Positions 11,185 through 22,122 of a DNA stretch of 34,654 bases are shown here, in pieces. Where the stretch lies: NCBI RefSeq assembly GCF_004010195.1, contig NC_057756.1:8361200-8395853 (forward strand), in the 5' to 3' direction. Position numbers and translations under genes: made by a program. The number at the start of each line of letters is the position of its first letter. Position 1 is the stretch's first letter. The notes under the pieces are model-generated. The model saw nothing but the letters and a program-made list of their open reading frames with translations. It did no database searches and was not told the DNA's origin. Source of the stretch: Chiloscyllium plagiosum (taxonomy: Eukaryota).

Positions 11185-11615
11185 AATTAAGCTGGAGAGG
11201 GTCCAGGAGAAATTTACCGGGATGTTGCCGGGTGCAGAAGGTTTGAGCTACAAAGTAAGGCTGGGACGACTTAGGTGGGAGGTTGAGCGATGACTTGAGA
11301 GAAGTTCATAAAATGATGAGGGGTCGAGTTAGCGGGGAGGTAATTTTCCCTAAGAGATGGGGGATTTCAAGGCGGGCTGGGGGCGGGGGGGGGCACACTT
11401 TAACAAGACATGAGCCTGTGTTTGAAAGGCAGGGTGGTTTGTGTGTGCAACTTCCTGAGGAAGCAGTGGGTGCGGGTAGAGCTACAATGTTCAACAGACA
11501 TTTGGAGAAGTGTCGTGGATCAGAAAGGTTTGGAGGGTTCCGGGCCAGGAGCAGGGCTGGCGTGGGACTGGTTCCGTTTGGGATTACGGATCGGTTCTGT
11601 GTCCGTGGGTAGTTC
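11185..11615 (+). mobile_element. Decayed CR1 3' fragment
   Basis: IKLERVQEKFTGMLPG, DLREVHKMMRG, LPEEAVGAG. Confidence 0.8.
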
Positions 11616-11619
11616 TCTG

Positions 11620-12915
11620 AATAAGTCAAGGGATGCGCGGTCCTTTATCAAACACCTGCTGGGAATCCAAATACATTACATCTACTGCCTCCCCCTTATC
11701 ATGCTGCTTATTTCCTCTTCAAAGCATTCTAATAAATTTGTCAGGCATGATCTCCCCTTCAGGAAGCTGTGCCAGCTCTTCTTAATCATATTTCTAAATG
11801 CTGTGCTGTTAACTCCTTTATTGTAGATTTTAACATTTTCGGAAAGACTAGATGTTTACGGTAACTGACCTATAGATTTTAGTCATGGATGCCTACAGCA
11901 TGAAAGTATGCTCTTCTGCCCAATACTGCCCAGTTTTCACAATTTAACCTCTGCCCCTTTGCCAGTGTTTGGTCCATATCCCTCCGTACCGATCCCAATC
12001 GTGTCCCTGACCAGATGTTTCTAAAATGATAAAATTGCACTCCTCCCCGCTGCTACCTCTGGCAGACCATTTCAGGCACTCGCCATCCTCTGCGTGTACA
12101 AATTGCCCCCCCGGACCCTTTTGTATCTCTCCCCTCTCACCTTTCAAACCTATGCCCCCTAGTTTTAGACTCCCCTACCCTGGGGAAAAGCTGTCTGCTA
12201 ACTACCCTTACCCACGCTTCCCATGATTTTGTCGACCTCTATAAGGTCAACCGCCCCCCCCCCCCCCTCCCCCACCATCTCAGTCTCTGACGCATCAGCG
12301 TAAAAACATTCCCAGCCCATCCAACCTCCTTATAACTCAGACCTTCCAGGCCAGGTACCATTCTAGTATGGGGTGGCACAGTGGCTCAGTGGTTAGCACT
12401 GCTGCCTCGCGGCACCAGGGACCCGGGTTTGATTCTGGCCTCGGGCAACTGTCTGGGTGGAGTTTGCACATTCTCCCCGCGTCTGCGTGGGTTACCCCCG
12501 GGTGCTCCGGTTTCCTCCCACAGTCCAAAGATGTGCAAGTTAGGTGAATTGCTAAATTGTACCATAGTGTTAGGTGCATTAATCAGAGGGAAATGGTTTT
12601 TGGGTGGGTTACTCTTCGGAGGGTCGGTGTGGACTGGTTGGGCCGAAGGGCCTGTTTCCACACTGTAGGGAGTCTAATCTAAATCTTTTCTGCGCCCTTC
12701 CCAGTTTAATAATACCCTTTCGATAGTTGGGCGACCCGAACCCCATGTTTGGCCTCACCAGTGTCTTGTCCAGCTGCAACAAAACTTCTCACCTCCTCTA
12801 CTCAGTGCTCTGCCCGGTGAAAGCACTTTCACTGTCCTGTCTACCTGTGAGTCCACTTTCAAGGAATTATGAACCTGTTCCCCGGGATCACTTTATTTTG
12901 GAACATTCCCCTACA
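11620..12915 (-). mobile_element. Decayed CR1 fragments, interrupted by an HE1 SINE at 12370-12683
   Basis: Minus-strand VDVMYLD/DKGP-like RT remnant at 11630-11780; CR1 3' UTR from 11880; CR1 sequence resumes at AAATCTTTTCTG after the SINE. Confidence 0.75.
12370..12683 (+). mobile_element. Full-length HE1-type tRNA-derived SINE
   Basis: A box TGGCTCAGTGG (12382-12392), B box GGTTTGATTC (12426-12435), V-domain GGAGTTTGCACATTCTCCCCG...CTCCGGTTTCCTCCCACAGTCCAAAGATGTGC, CTAAT tail. Confidence 0.9.
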
Positions 12916-12921
12916 ACGCAT

Positions 12922-13168
12922 GATTCGGTGTTGGACTGGGGTGTACGAAGTTAAAACTCACCCAACACCAGGTTATAGTCCAACGGATTTATTTGGAAGC
13001 TTTCAGAGTGCTGCTCCTTCATCAGATGGGTGTGGAGTATAAGATCTATAATTCTGTGTCTTACGATCTTATATTCCACAACCACCTGATGAAGGAGCAG
13101 CGCTCCGAAAGCTAGCGCTTCCAAATAAACCTGTTGGACTACAACCTGGTGTCGGGTGGGTTTTAACT
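12922..13168. mobile_element. Penelope-derived fold-back (inverted-repeat) insert with a hammerhead-like core
   Basis: Arms of about 100 bp (12949-13046 and 13066-13167) are complementary; CTGATGA-A-GGAGC-AGC-GCTCC-GAAAGCTA at 13086-13114. Confidence 0.75.
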
Positions 13169-13179
13169 CCCGATGACAC

Positions 13180-13784
13180 TGTCGCGGACTAGGCTAGACC
13201 ACTCAAAACAGGCAGCCCAGACCGTAACTTGGCTATTTATTTCGGTAAACGTGCAGCGAAAATGACCCGGAGTAAGTTAGCGAGGTTGACTACCAGGCTT
13301 TAAAACAAAACTTTATTCACCAAACTTACGGAATGAAACACAAAGAAAGGAATGTAGAATACCCACAGAACTCTGTCGATCCGAGCTAGACGTAATTGTG
13401 CTGTTCCAAAAATGCACGCGCCCTTTAGCATACCCGCTAACCCGTGGCATGAGCAGCCACAGCAGTGCAGAGAGAGAGAGAGACTTCCAACTTTCCATAC
13501 ACCCTCTGTTGCAACTAAACTAAGTAAAGTTCTGAACGGATCTTACTGACAACAGCTCACCTTCGAGGACTGACCACTCCCCTTCTCATCATGCAGGTTA
13601 CTTCTCAAACATAAAAGCTTGGCGTCTGAAGTCTCATTTGTTGACGTCCAAACAAAACGCCACTCAGTAAACCCTTTCATCTCTCTACCAGTTCGGTCGA
13701 CTCGGAGCTTGGGCTGTTCTAGGGCCCCGCTGGCCAAACAAAATCAAGGGCACACTATCGTTGAGAAGGACCAGCTTTGTGCCA
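13180..13784 (-). mobile_element. Possible solo LTR
   Basis: TG...CA ends; minus-strand AATAAA (13312-13317) followed by GTTTTGTTTT; no clear target-site duplication. Confidence 0.3.
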
Positions 13785-13859
13785 GTGCACATACAAAGTT
13801 AGCACTTGGTGATGAACAATATAGAGATTGGCATCGTGATGGCGAGAAAATGTCAGGCA

Positions 13860-14332
13860 GGGTGGCACAGTCCCTCAGCGGTTAGCACTGCTGCCCCACC
13901 GCGCCAGGGACCCGAGTTTGATTCCAACCTTTGGTGGCTATCTCTGGAGAGTTTGCACATTCTCCTCCGGTTTCCTCCCATGCTCCAAAGATATGCAGGT
14001 TAGGGTGGATTGGCCGTGCTAAATTGTCCTCATAGTGCCCAGGGATGTGCAGGTTAGGGTGGATTGGCCGTGCTAAATTGTCCCCGTAGTACCCAGGGAT
14101 GTGCAGGTTAGGGTGGATTTGCTGTGCTAAATTGTCCCCGTAGTGCCCAGGGATGGGCAGGTTAGGGTGGATTGGCCGTGCTTTATTGCGCTTAGTGTTC
14201 TGGGATGTGTCGCTGAGCTGATTGGTCAGGGGTAAACGGAGAGTGAAGGGGTAGGAGTGAAGGATCTGGGTGGGTTACTCTTTGGAGGGTCGGTGTGGAC
14301 GTGTTGGGCTGAAGGGCCTGTTTCCACACTGA
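13860..14332 (+). mobile_element. HE1-type SINE with a 4x 54-bp internal tandem expansion
   Basis: tRNA-like head GGTGGCACAG...GGTTAGCACTGCTGCC, V-domain, units GCAGGTTAGGGTGGATTGGCCGTGCTAAATTGTCC at about 13995-14190, SINE tail. Confidence 0.88.
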
Positions 14333-14389
14333 TGAACAGATGAGATTAAGCATCGGGTGACAGAGTGAGGGAGGAGTGTGCAGGGACGG

Positions 14390-15300
14390 TCAGTGCTTCA
14401 GGACTCTAGCAAAGGCATTCAGAGGATACCGCAGGCCATCCTTCAGCTCCTGACGGAACCTGCTCTGAGTGACTGTGTAAATGCAACCGTTGGTGCAGCA
14501 GCTGAGCAGCTGGAGCATGTTTGCACCCTCCTGGAGGATAAACCTTGGGTCACTGGCATTGAAACCAGCAAAGTAAGAGCCCTTGTGGAACTGGACGTAG
14601 AAGAAATTGACGACGTAGGTCGTCCAGAGCAGGACGAAGGCGCCCGAGACGGCAAAGAGCAGGACGATGGATCTCCTGCGGTTATCTGCCTCTGGATCGC
14701 TCCGTCCTGTCAGGAGAGCTGGAGCTCGGAGCCTCCTGCGGGCACTATTAGCAGCTAGGACATGCCTAATGGTGAAAGCGTTGAGCAGGAGGATCAGCAA
14801 GAAGGGGGCACACGGGGTCAGGAGGCGATCGAGCCAGTCAAATGCCTTCCAGGCAGGGGAGGAGTAGAACGCAGGTTTGATGCTGCAAAACCAAGGCTGG
14901 CCATTGATGATGTAGAGTGGCTCATACGTGAAATAGAAAGGGATGTTTTTCAGGCAGCATAGCATGCTGACCGTCCCGATGACCACCGCCGCTGTCCTCT
15001 GGGTGCAGTGTCGGGCTTTCAGCTTCTGGAGACAGATGGCAATGAAGCGATCCAAAGTGAAGGCCACGGTCAGCCAGACAGAGCTGTCGCGGGCCGCGTA
15101 GATGAGCACAGTGCTGAGGCTGCAGCCTGGCGTGCTGGAGAAGAGGCTGAGCGGGAAATAGATGCCGCTGATGCGGTTCAGTACCACTGCTGTGATGACC
15201 AGGAGTAGATCGGTCACTGCCATGGCCACCAGGTAACGGCTGACGCAGCCAGAGAGGCCGCACTTTCCCCGACACAGGATCACAATCACCATCAAATTCA
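14390..15300 (-). CDS. GPR139/GPR142-like class A GPCR, coding exon 2 (end of TM1 through TM7 and C-terminus)
   Basis: Intact frame to a TGA stop; acceptor ttgtctgttccgacag| at 15301; motifs NLMVIVILCRGKCGLS, YLVAMAVTDLL, WLTVAFTLDRFIAIC, TPCAPFLLILLLN, SIVLLFAVSGAFVLLW, LQLLSCCTNGCIYTVTQSRFRQE. Confidence 0.93.
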
Positions 15301-15622
15301 CTGTCGGAACAGACAAGTCACTCGTGTGAAAGGAGCGAATTCTATAGCATAGAGAGAGCAAGATCACATTTTTGTGTTGCATGCCTGATCCCAGTAAGAC
15401 ACCTTGACATTATCCAGAGCTCCAAAATTCCTTCCAAAATGCTTGCTTCTTATAGTTGATTAGCTTGCATTTGCTACAATAAAGAGCGTCTGCTTCATTC
15501 TTTGGAGCTTGGGTGCCGACTAAGGATGGGGATTGCCAGACATATACTGGCCAGTCTGCAAACAGGGCTGTACCAATTCTGGTGGCTTACTGTTGTAATT
15601 TATCTTCCTGTTGCAGTGACTC

Positions 15623-16425
15623 AGAATCATACAAACCCCACACAATGGAGGCAAGCCACTCGGCCTACTGAGTCCATGCTGACCATTTAAAAAGCAACCC
15701 ATCCAGACACCCACCCAGAGTCCTCTAATCCTATGTTTCCCATGGATAATCCCCCCAGACTGCACATCCCTACACACTATGGGACAATTTGGCATGGCCA
15801 ATCCACCCTAACCCGCACCTCCCTGGGCACTACGGGGACAATTTAGCACAGCCAATCCACCCTAACCTGCACATCCCTGGGTACTACAGGGCAATTTACA
15901 ACGGCCAATCCACCCTAACCTGCACATCCCTGGGTACTACAGGGCAATTTACAACGACCAATCCACCCTAACCTGCACATCCCTGGGTACTACAGGGCAA
16001 TTTACAACGACCAATCCACCCTAACCTGTATATTCCTGGGCACTATGGGACAATTTAGCATAGCCAATCCAACCTAACCTGCAAATCCCTGGGCACTATG
16101 GCTGATTTAGCACTGCCAATCCACCCTAACCTGCACATCCCTGGGCAGTATGGGACAATTTAGCACGGCCAATCCACCCTAACCTGCACATCCCTGGACA
16201 CTACGGGGACAATTTAGCACGGCTAATCCACCCTAACCCGCACATCCCTGGGCACTACGGGGACAATTTAGCACGGCCAATCCACCCTAACCTGCACATC
16301 TTTGGACTGTGGGAGGAAACTGAGCACCCAGCGGTAACCCACACAGACACGGGGCAGTCACCCGAGAGTGGAATTGAACATGTGTCCCTGGCGCTGTGAG
16401 GCTGTAGTGCTAGCCACTGTGCCAC
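15623..16425 (-). mobile_element. HE1-type SINE with about 10x 52-55-bp internal tandem expansion (about 15760-16300)
   Basis: Head at 16370-16425, V-domain at 16290-16350, units CCAATCCACCCTAACCTGCACATCCCTGGGCACTACGGGGACAATTTAGCACGG. Confidence 0.9.
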
Positions 16426-16569
16426 TCCAGCACTACAGTGTTTTCACCTCCTTGACCATTCCTTTCTCCCTCATATCCTTAGCACGGTCAGTCCTCATGT
16501 TGGCCAAATTATTGACTACTGTGAAGCCATCACGTCTGCAGCTTGCTTTCTTATCAGAAGAAGCTTCCC

Positions 16570-19560
16570 TGTTCCTGGAAATCTACGACCAAGGTGGTCT
16601 ACACCTGAACCAGAGAGATACCAATATCTTGCCGGGTGGGAGCTTTGCTAATGGTCTTTGGGAGGGTTTAAGCTAAGTCAGTAAGGTGATGGAAATTTGA
16701 ACTGTAGTTCCAGTATCCAGGCAATTGAGAGTAGTGAGGTCAGAAATAAGGTTTCAAGGTCACAACTGCACCAGCAAATGGGAAGGTGGTTTGAAGTGTG
16801 TCTACTTCAATGCCAGGAGCATCCTGAATAAGGTGGGTGAACTTGCAGCGTGGGTTGGTACCTGGGACTTTGACGTTGTGGCCATTTCGGAGACATGGGT
16901 AGAGCAGGGACAGGCATGGATGTTGCAGGTTCCGGGGTTTAGATGTTTCAGTAAGAACAGGGAAGGTGGTAAAAGTGGGGGATGTGTGGCATTGTTAGTC
17001 AAGGACAGTATTACAGTGGCAGAAAGGACACTTGAGAATTTGTCGATTGAGGTAGAATGGGCTGAGGTTAGAAACAGGAAAGGGGAGGTCACCCTGTTAG
17101 GAGTTTTCTATAGGCCTCCAAATAGTTGCAAAGATGTAGAGGAAAGGATAGCAAAGATAATTCAGGATAGGAGCGAGAGTGACAGGATAGTTGTTATGGG
17201 GGGGGGGGGGGGGGGGGTTAACTTTAAATAGCGACTGGGAATACTGTAGTTTCAGTGGTTTAAATGGGTCATCTTTTGTCCACTGTGTGCAGGAGGATTT
17301 TCTGACACAGTATGTAGACAGGCCAACAAGGGGCGAGGCCATATTGGATTTGGTACTGGGTAATGAACCCGGCCAGGTGTTAGATTTGGTGGTAGATGAG
17401 CACTTTGGTGATAGTGACCACAATTTGTTTATGTTTAGCGATGTTAAGGGGTAGGTATATAACCACATGGCAAGAGTTATAGCTGGGCTGAAAGGCAATT
17501 ATGATGTGATTTGGCAAGATTTAGGATGCATAGGATGGGGAAGGAGACTGCAGGGGCTGGGCACAATAGAAATGTGGAGCTTATTCAAGGAACAGCTACT
17601 GCATGTCCTTGATAAGTATGTACCTGTCAGGCAGGGAGGAAGTGGTTGAGTGAGGGAGCCATGGTTTACTAAAAGAGTTGAATCTCTTGTCAAGAGGAAG
17701 AAGGAGGCTTATGTTAGGATGAGATGTGAAGGCTCAGGGTGCTTGACAGTTACAAGTCAGCCAGGAAAGACCTAAATAGAGAACTAAGATGAGCCAGGAG
17801 GGGACATGAGAAGTCTTTGGCAGGTAGGATCAAGGAAAACTTTAAAGCTTTCTATTGGTAGGTCAGGAATAAAAGAATGACTAGAGTAAGATTAGGGCCA
17901 ATCAAGGACTGTAGGGGGAAGTTGTGTGTGGAGTCCGAGGAGATGGGGAAGCGCTAAATGAATATTTTTTGTCAGTATTCCCACTGGAAAAAGACAGTGT
18001 TGTGGAGGAGAATGTTGAGATACTGGTGACTAGACCAGACGGGATTGAGGCTCATAAGGAGGAGGTGTTAGCCATTCTGGAAAGTGAGAAAATAGACAAG
18101 TCCCCAGGGCCAGATGGGATTTATCCGAGGATTCTCTGGGAAGCCAGGGAGGAGATTGCNNNNNNNNNNNNNNNNNNNNNNNNNNNNNNNNNNNNNNNNN
18201 NNNNNNNNNNNNNNNNNNNNNNNNNNNNNNNNNNNNNNNNNNNNNNNNGGTGACCAAACAGGTGGATGAGGGTAAAGCGGTTGATGTGGTGTATATGGAT
18301 TTCAGTAAGGCGTTTGATAAGGTTCCCCATGGTAGGCTACTGCACCAAATACGGAGGCATGGGATTGAGGGTGATTTAGCGGTTGGGATCAGAAATTGGC
18401 TCACTGAAAGAAAACAGCGTGTTCTCTCTGGGGGCTGGTTGACAGGAAGGTGGTAGTGGGGGTAGGTACAGCCTGGCAACTCTTGCCAGCAGCCTGTTTA
18501 TCCAACTACAGGACAGGTGGCTCTTCAACCAAGGAGGGCATCACTTGCTGAGAAGCTCCCTCCCTGATCACATACAACTATTCCACCACCTCTGTCCTGT
18601 CTGTCCCAGGGATGGTGGTGGTTGATGGGAAATGTTCATCCTGGAGCTCAGTTACCAGTGGGGTACCACAGAGTCTATTCTGGGGCCACTGCTGTTGGTC
18701 ATTTTGATAAATGACCTGGATGAGGGTGTGGAAGTATGGGTTAGTAAATTTGCGGTTGACACTAAAGTCGGTGGAGTTGTGGATAGTACTGAAGGATGTT
18801 GCAGGTTACAGAGGGACAGAGATAAGCCGCAGAGCTGGGCTGTGAGGTGGCAAATGGAGTTTAATGCGGAAAAGTGTGAGGGGATTCACTTTGGAAGGAG
18901 TAACAGGAATGCAGAGTACTGGGCTAATGGTAAGATTCTCGGTAGTGTAGATGAGCAGAGAGATCTCAGTGTCCATGTACACAGATCCCTGAAAGTTACC
19001 ACCCAGGTCGATCAGGTTGTTAAGGCGTACGGTGTGTTAGCATTTATCGGGAGAGGGATTGAGTTTCAGAGCCACGAGGTCATGCTGCAGCTGTACAAAA
19101 CTTTGGTGCGGCCGCACTTGGGAGTATCGCGTACAGTTCTGGTCACCGCATTATAGGAAGGATGTGGAAGCTTTGGAAAGGGTTCAGAGGGGATTTCCCA
19201 GGATGTTGCCTGGTACGGAGGGAAGGTCTTATGAGGAAAGGCTGAGGGACTTGACAGGGAGAGGCTTTTCCCTCGGATGGTGATGGCTAGCACGAGGGGA
19301 CACAGCTTTAAATTGAGGGGGTGATAGATATAGGACAGATGGCAGAGGGAGTTTCTTTACTCAGAGAGTAGGAGGGGGCGTGGACCACACTGCCTGCCAC
19401 AGTAGTAGACTCGCCAACTTTAGGGGTATTTAAATGGGCATTGGATAGGCATATGGATGAGAATGGAATAGGGTAGGAGAGAGGGGCTTCAGATTGGTCA
19501 GCACAACGTGGAGGGGCCGAAGGGCCTGTACTGTGCTGGAATGTTCTATGTTTATGTATG
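16570..19560 (+). mobile_element. Near-complete but inactivated CR1 LINE (ORF1 end, APE endonuclease, RT, 3' UTR), antisense within the GPCR intron
   Basis: ORF1 esterase-like GGLHLNQRDTNIL; APE YFNARSILNK, AISETW, GVFYRPPN, ILDLVL, FGDSDHN; RT SPGPDGIYPRIL, YMDFSKAFDKVPH, ILGPLLLVILINDL, KFAVDTK; stops, frameshifts and a gap; (TATGT)-like tail. Confidence 0.95.
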
Positions 19561-19584
19561 GTCTATGTATCTTGTTCCAATACA

Positions 19585-20320
19585 AAGTCACAGAGATGTA
19601 CAGCATGGGAACAGACCCTTCGGCCCATCTCATCCATGCCGACCAGATACCCTAAATTAAGCTAGTCCCATTTTCCAGCATTTGACCCATATCCCTCGAA
19701 ATCCTTCCGATTCATATTCCCATCCAGACGCCTTTCAAAGGTGGCCAGCCTCCACCATTTGCTATGGCAGCTCATTCCATGCATGCACTACCCTCTGCGG
19801 GAAATAGTTGCCCCTGTTTAAATCTTTCCCCCTTCACCTTAAACCTGCGCCCTCTACTTTTGGACTCCCCTACCCTGGGAAGAAAGATGTTAGGTATTCA
19901 CCATGCCCCTCATGATTTTATAAACCCTCTATGACCTCTGTGTAAAGAGAAAATAACTCCAGCCAATTCAGCCTCCCCCGATCCTGGTAACGTCCTCGTC
20001 AATCTTTTCAGAACCCCTTCCAGTTTTAACAACAGCTTTCTTATAGCAGGGAGACCCAGAACTGAACACAGTATCCCAAATGTGGCCTAACCAATACACC
20101 CGCAACATGACCTCCCAACTCCCGGACTGAATAGGACTGAACAGTAAAGGTATTCACCATCCTGTCTCCCTGCATCTCCACTTTCACGGGACCACAAAGC
20201 TGCAGTCTCTTTGTTCTGCAACTTGCCCCAGGACCCTTCCGTTAACTGTGAAAGTTCTGCCCTGATTTGCCTTTCCAAAATACAACGCCTCACATTTATC
20301 TAAATTAAACTCCACATGGC
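19585..20320 (-). mobile_element. CR1 3' fragment, tail-to-tail with the previous element
   Basis: Similar to 3720-4410 and 31365-31480. Confidence 0.85.
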
Positions 20321-20587
20321 ATTGGCTCTGGATGAAGACACAGTCTTTCTGTTACACAAAGCAACCAATTGTCAAGAAAGTTTCAAAACAGATCTGCTTA
20401 TGTAGCTTTGATTCCTTCTCCCAAAAGTGACTATTTGACTTCAGTTATTGTAGTTTATTCCAGACAGACTTATTGCTGGTTCTTTCTGTGTGTAACAGTT
20501 GTTCTGAAGTTTGCACTGTCACATAAGTAACATTGACACTATACAAATGACCATCTTCAACGAGAGAGAATCTAGCCATCGCCTACT

Positions 20588-20865
20588 TAGATTAGATTAG
20601 ATTCCCTACAGTGTGGAAACAGGCCCTTTGGCCCACTGACCCTCCGACGAGCAACCCACCCAGACCCATTCCCCTACATTTACCCCTTCACCTAACACTA
20701 CGGGCAATTTAGCACGGCCAGTTCATCTGACCTGCACATCTTTGGATTGTGGGAGGAAACCCACACAGACACGGGGAGAACGTGCAAACTCCACACAGAC
20801 AATGGGAATTGAACCCGGGTCCCTGGCGATGTGAGGCAGCAGTGCTAACCACTGAGCCACCGTAC
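20588..20865 (-). mobile_element. HE1-type SINE
   Basis: Minus strand reads GGTACGGTGGCTCAGTGGTTAGCACTGCTGCCTCAC...GGGTTCAATTCCC, V-domain and (CTAAT)n tail. Confidence 0.9.
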
Positions 20866-20874
20866 CGGCCTGTA

Positions 20875-21720
20875 ATTTGACATCCAATGGCTGAATCCCC
20901 TCCACAAACAACATCCTGGTTGGGGGGGGCAACCGTTGACCATAAACTGAACTGGACCCAGCCATATTGACTACAAGTCGAGGTCAGAGGTGAAGATCCT
21001 GCAGTGAGTAACTTCCCCGTCTGACTCCCCACACCCTGTCCACCACCTACAAAGCTAAAAGTGAGGACTGCAGATGCTGGAGATCAGAGTGCCCTTCCAC
21101 CGACGCTCTCATTCGTTTGGCTGAACTGGTCCCCACCCTGAACGATTTCTCCTTCGAATCCTCCCGCTTCCTCCAGACCAAAGGGGGTAGCCGTGGGCCC
21201 CAGCTACCCCGGTCTCTTCGTTGGTGCTTTTCCAGCCTCCCCACCCCTACGGAGTCAGGAGGGTGAGGGAACACGCCCCACTCGCCCGGGCGGGTGCGGC
21301 TTCGGCCAGCGCACGAGGAACCCGACACCGTCCGGGACAGAGCAGCCCCCTGCTTGATTGGCACCGCGTCCAACAGCTTCGTAACCCTCCCCCACCGACG
21401 CAGCCACGTGTGCCACCTGCCCGGGCTGCTTTATCCAAACCTGCCAACACTGTGGAGAGTGGCAAGGGCGAGGGCAGCAGAGATTTGGGAGCACCGCCCA
21501 GTGCAAACTCCCCACCACCCCCACCCAACCAAAGCCACTCGCTGTCCTGACTTGGAAACATTTGGCACAGAATCCCCGAACTCCCTGGTGGCACTACAAA
21601 GGGGTGCCCGCACCACCCAGGGCACCAGAGCGGTTCGTGAAGGTAGCTTACTCCTCACCTTCTCAACTCGGATCAGTAACGACATGTTGAGTGATGGGAT
21701 GCATCCCGTGAAAGATGAAC
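20875..21720 (+). mobile_element. Second-family CR1-clade LINE 3' fragment, interrupted by a Penelope RT piece
   Basis: ACCGTTGACCATAAACTGAACTGGACC, CAGTGAGTAACTT...GACTCCCC, AGCAGCCCCCTGCTTGATTGGCACC; shared with 9740-9903 and 31735-31835. Confidence 0.7.
21056..21235 (+). mobile_element. Penelope-like element fragment (terminal extension plus RT segment)
   Basis: PSTDALIRLAELVPTLNDFSFESSRFLQTKG / VAVGPSYPGLFVG, the Penelope RT 'Q..G.AMG...PSYA.LF' region, with a frameshift. Confidence 0.8.
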
Positions 21721-21934
21721 CGAAAGCAAACCTTCACACCTCTAAACAACACTTCGGTCCAACCAGGAGGAATAAAATTCCAGCGACACTTCTGAATCAT
21801 TTCAAAGTGCCATTCTGACAGCAATTTCCCACACGGTACGGAGCAACGGGCTTGCTTTCCGAAGTTAGGCTCGTTCAATTAAAACAAGTGCACGTTCAAC
21901 ACTTGAATTTTAGATTTCTAAGCTCAAACTGCCA

Positions 21935-22122
21935 CAGGGTGGCTGAGTGGCATTATCGTGAGACTCTGAATCACGAGGACCAGCTAATGTGCTGGGGACC
22001 AGCATTCAAATCTTGCCCCGGGAGACAGCGGGGAAAATCGGGAATTGCAAAGCTGACTGGGGACCGTGAAACTGTTGTCAATAGTCAGGTTAAAAAAACC
22101 ATCGAGTTCACTAATGCCTTTG
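21935..22122 (+). mobile_element. 5' part of the second tRNA SINE family
   Basis: GGGTGGCTGAGTGG...GGGGACCAGCATTCAAATC...GTTCACTAATGCCTTT; complementary to 8690-8795. Confidence 0.55.

Noticed and set aside
12370..12445. tRNA gene
   Set aside because: The A and B boxes belong to a SINE head followed by a V-domain and tail; no full cloverleaf
13559..13626. Exon-like stretch on the minus strand (AG...AAG|GTGAG)
   Set aside because: Lies within an LTR-like repeat, downstream of the GPCR stop codon; the peptide is unrecognisable
15301..15382. N-terminus MQHKNVILL... of the 330-aa ORF
   Set aside because: Lies upstream of a good splice acceptor; the true TM1 start is encoded at 23511-23580
16725..19283. 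Active CR1 ORF2 or a host gene
   Set aside because: Multiple stops and frameshifts, an insertion, and altered catalytic motifs (GDFN lost, FADD changed to FAVD)
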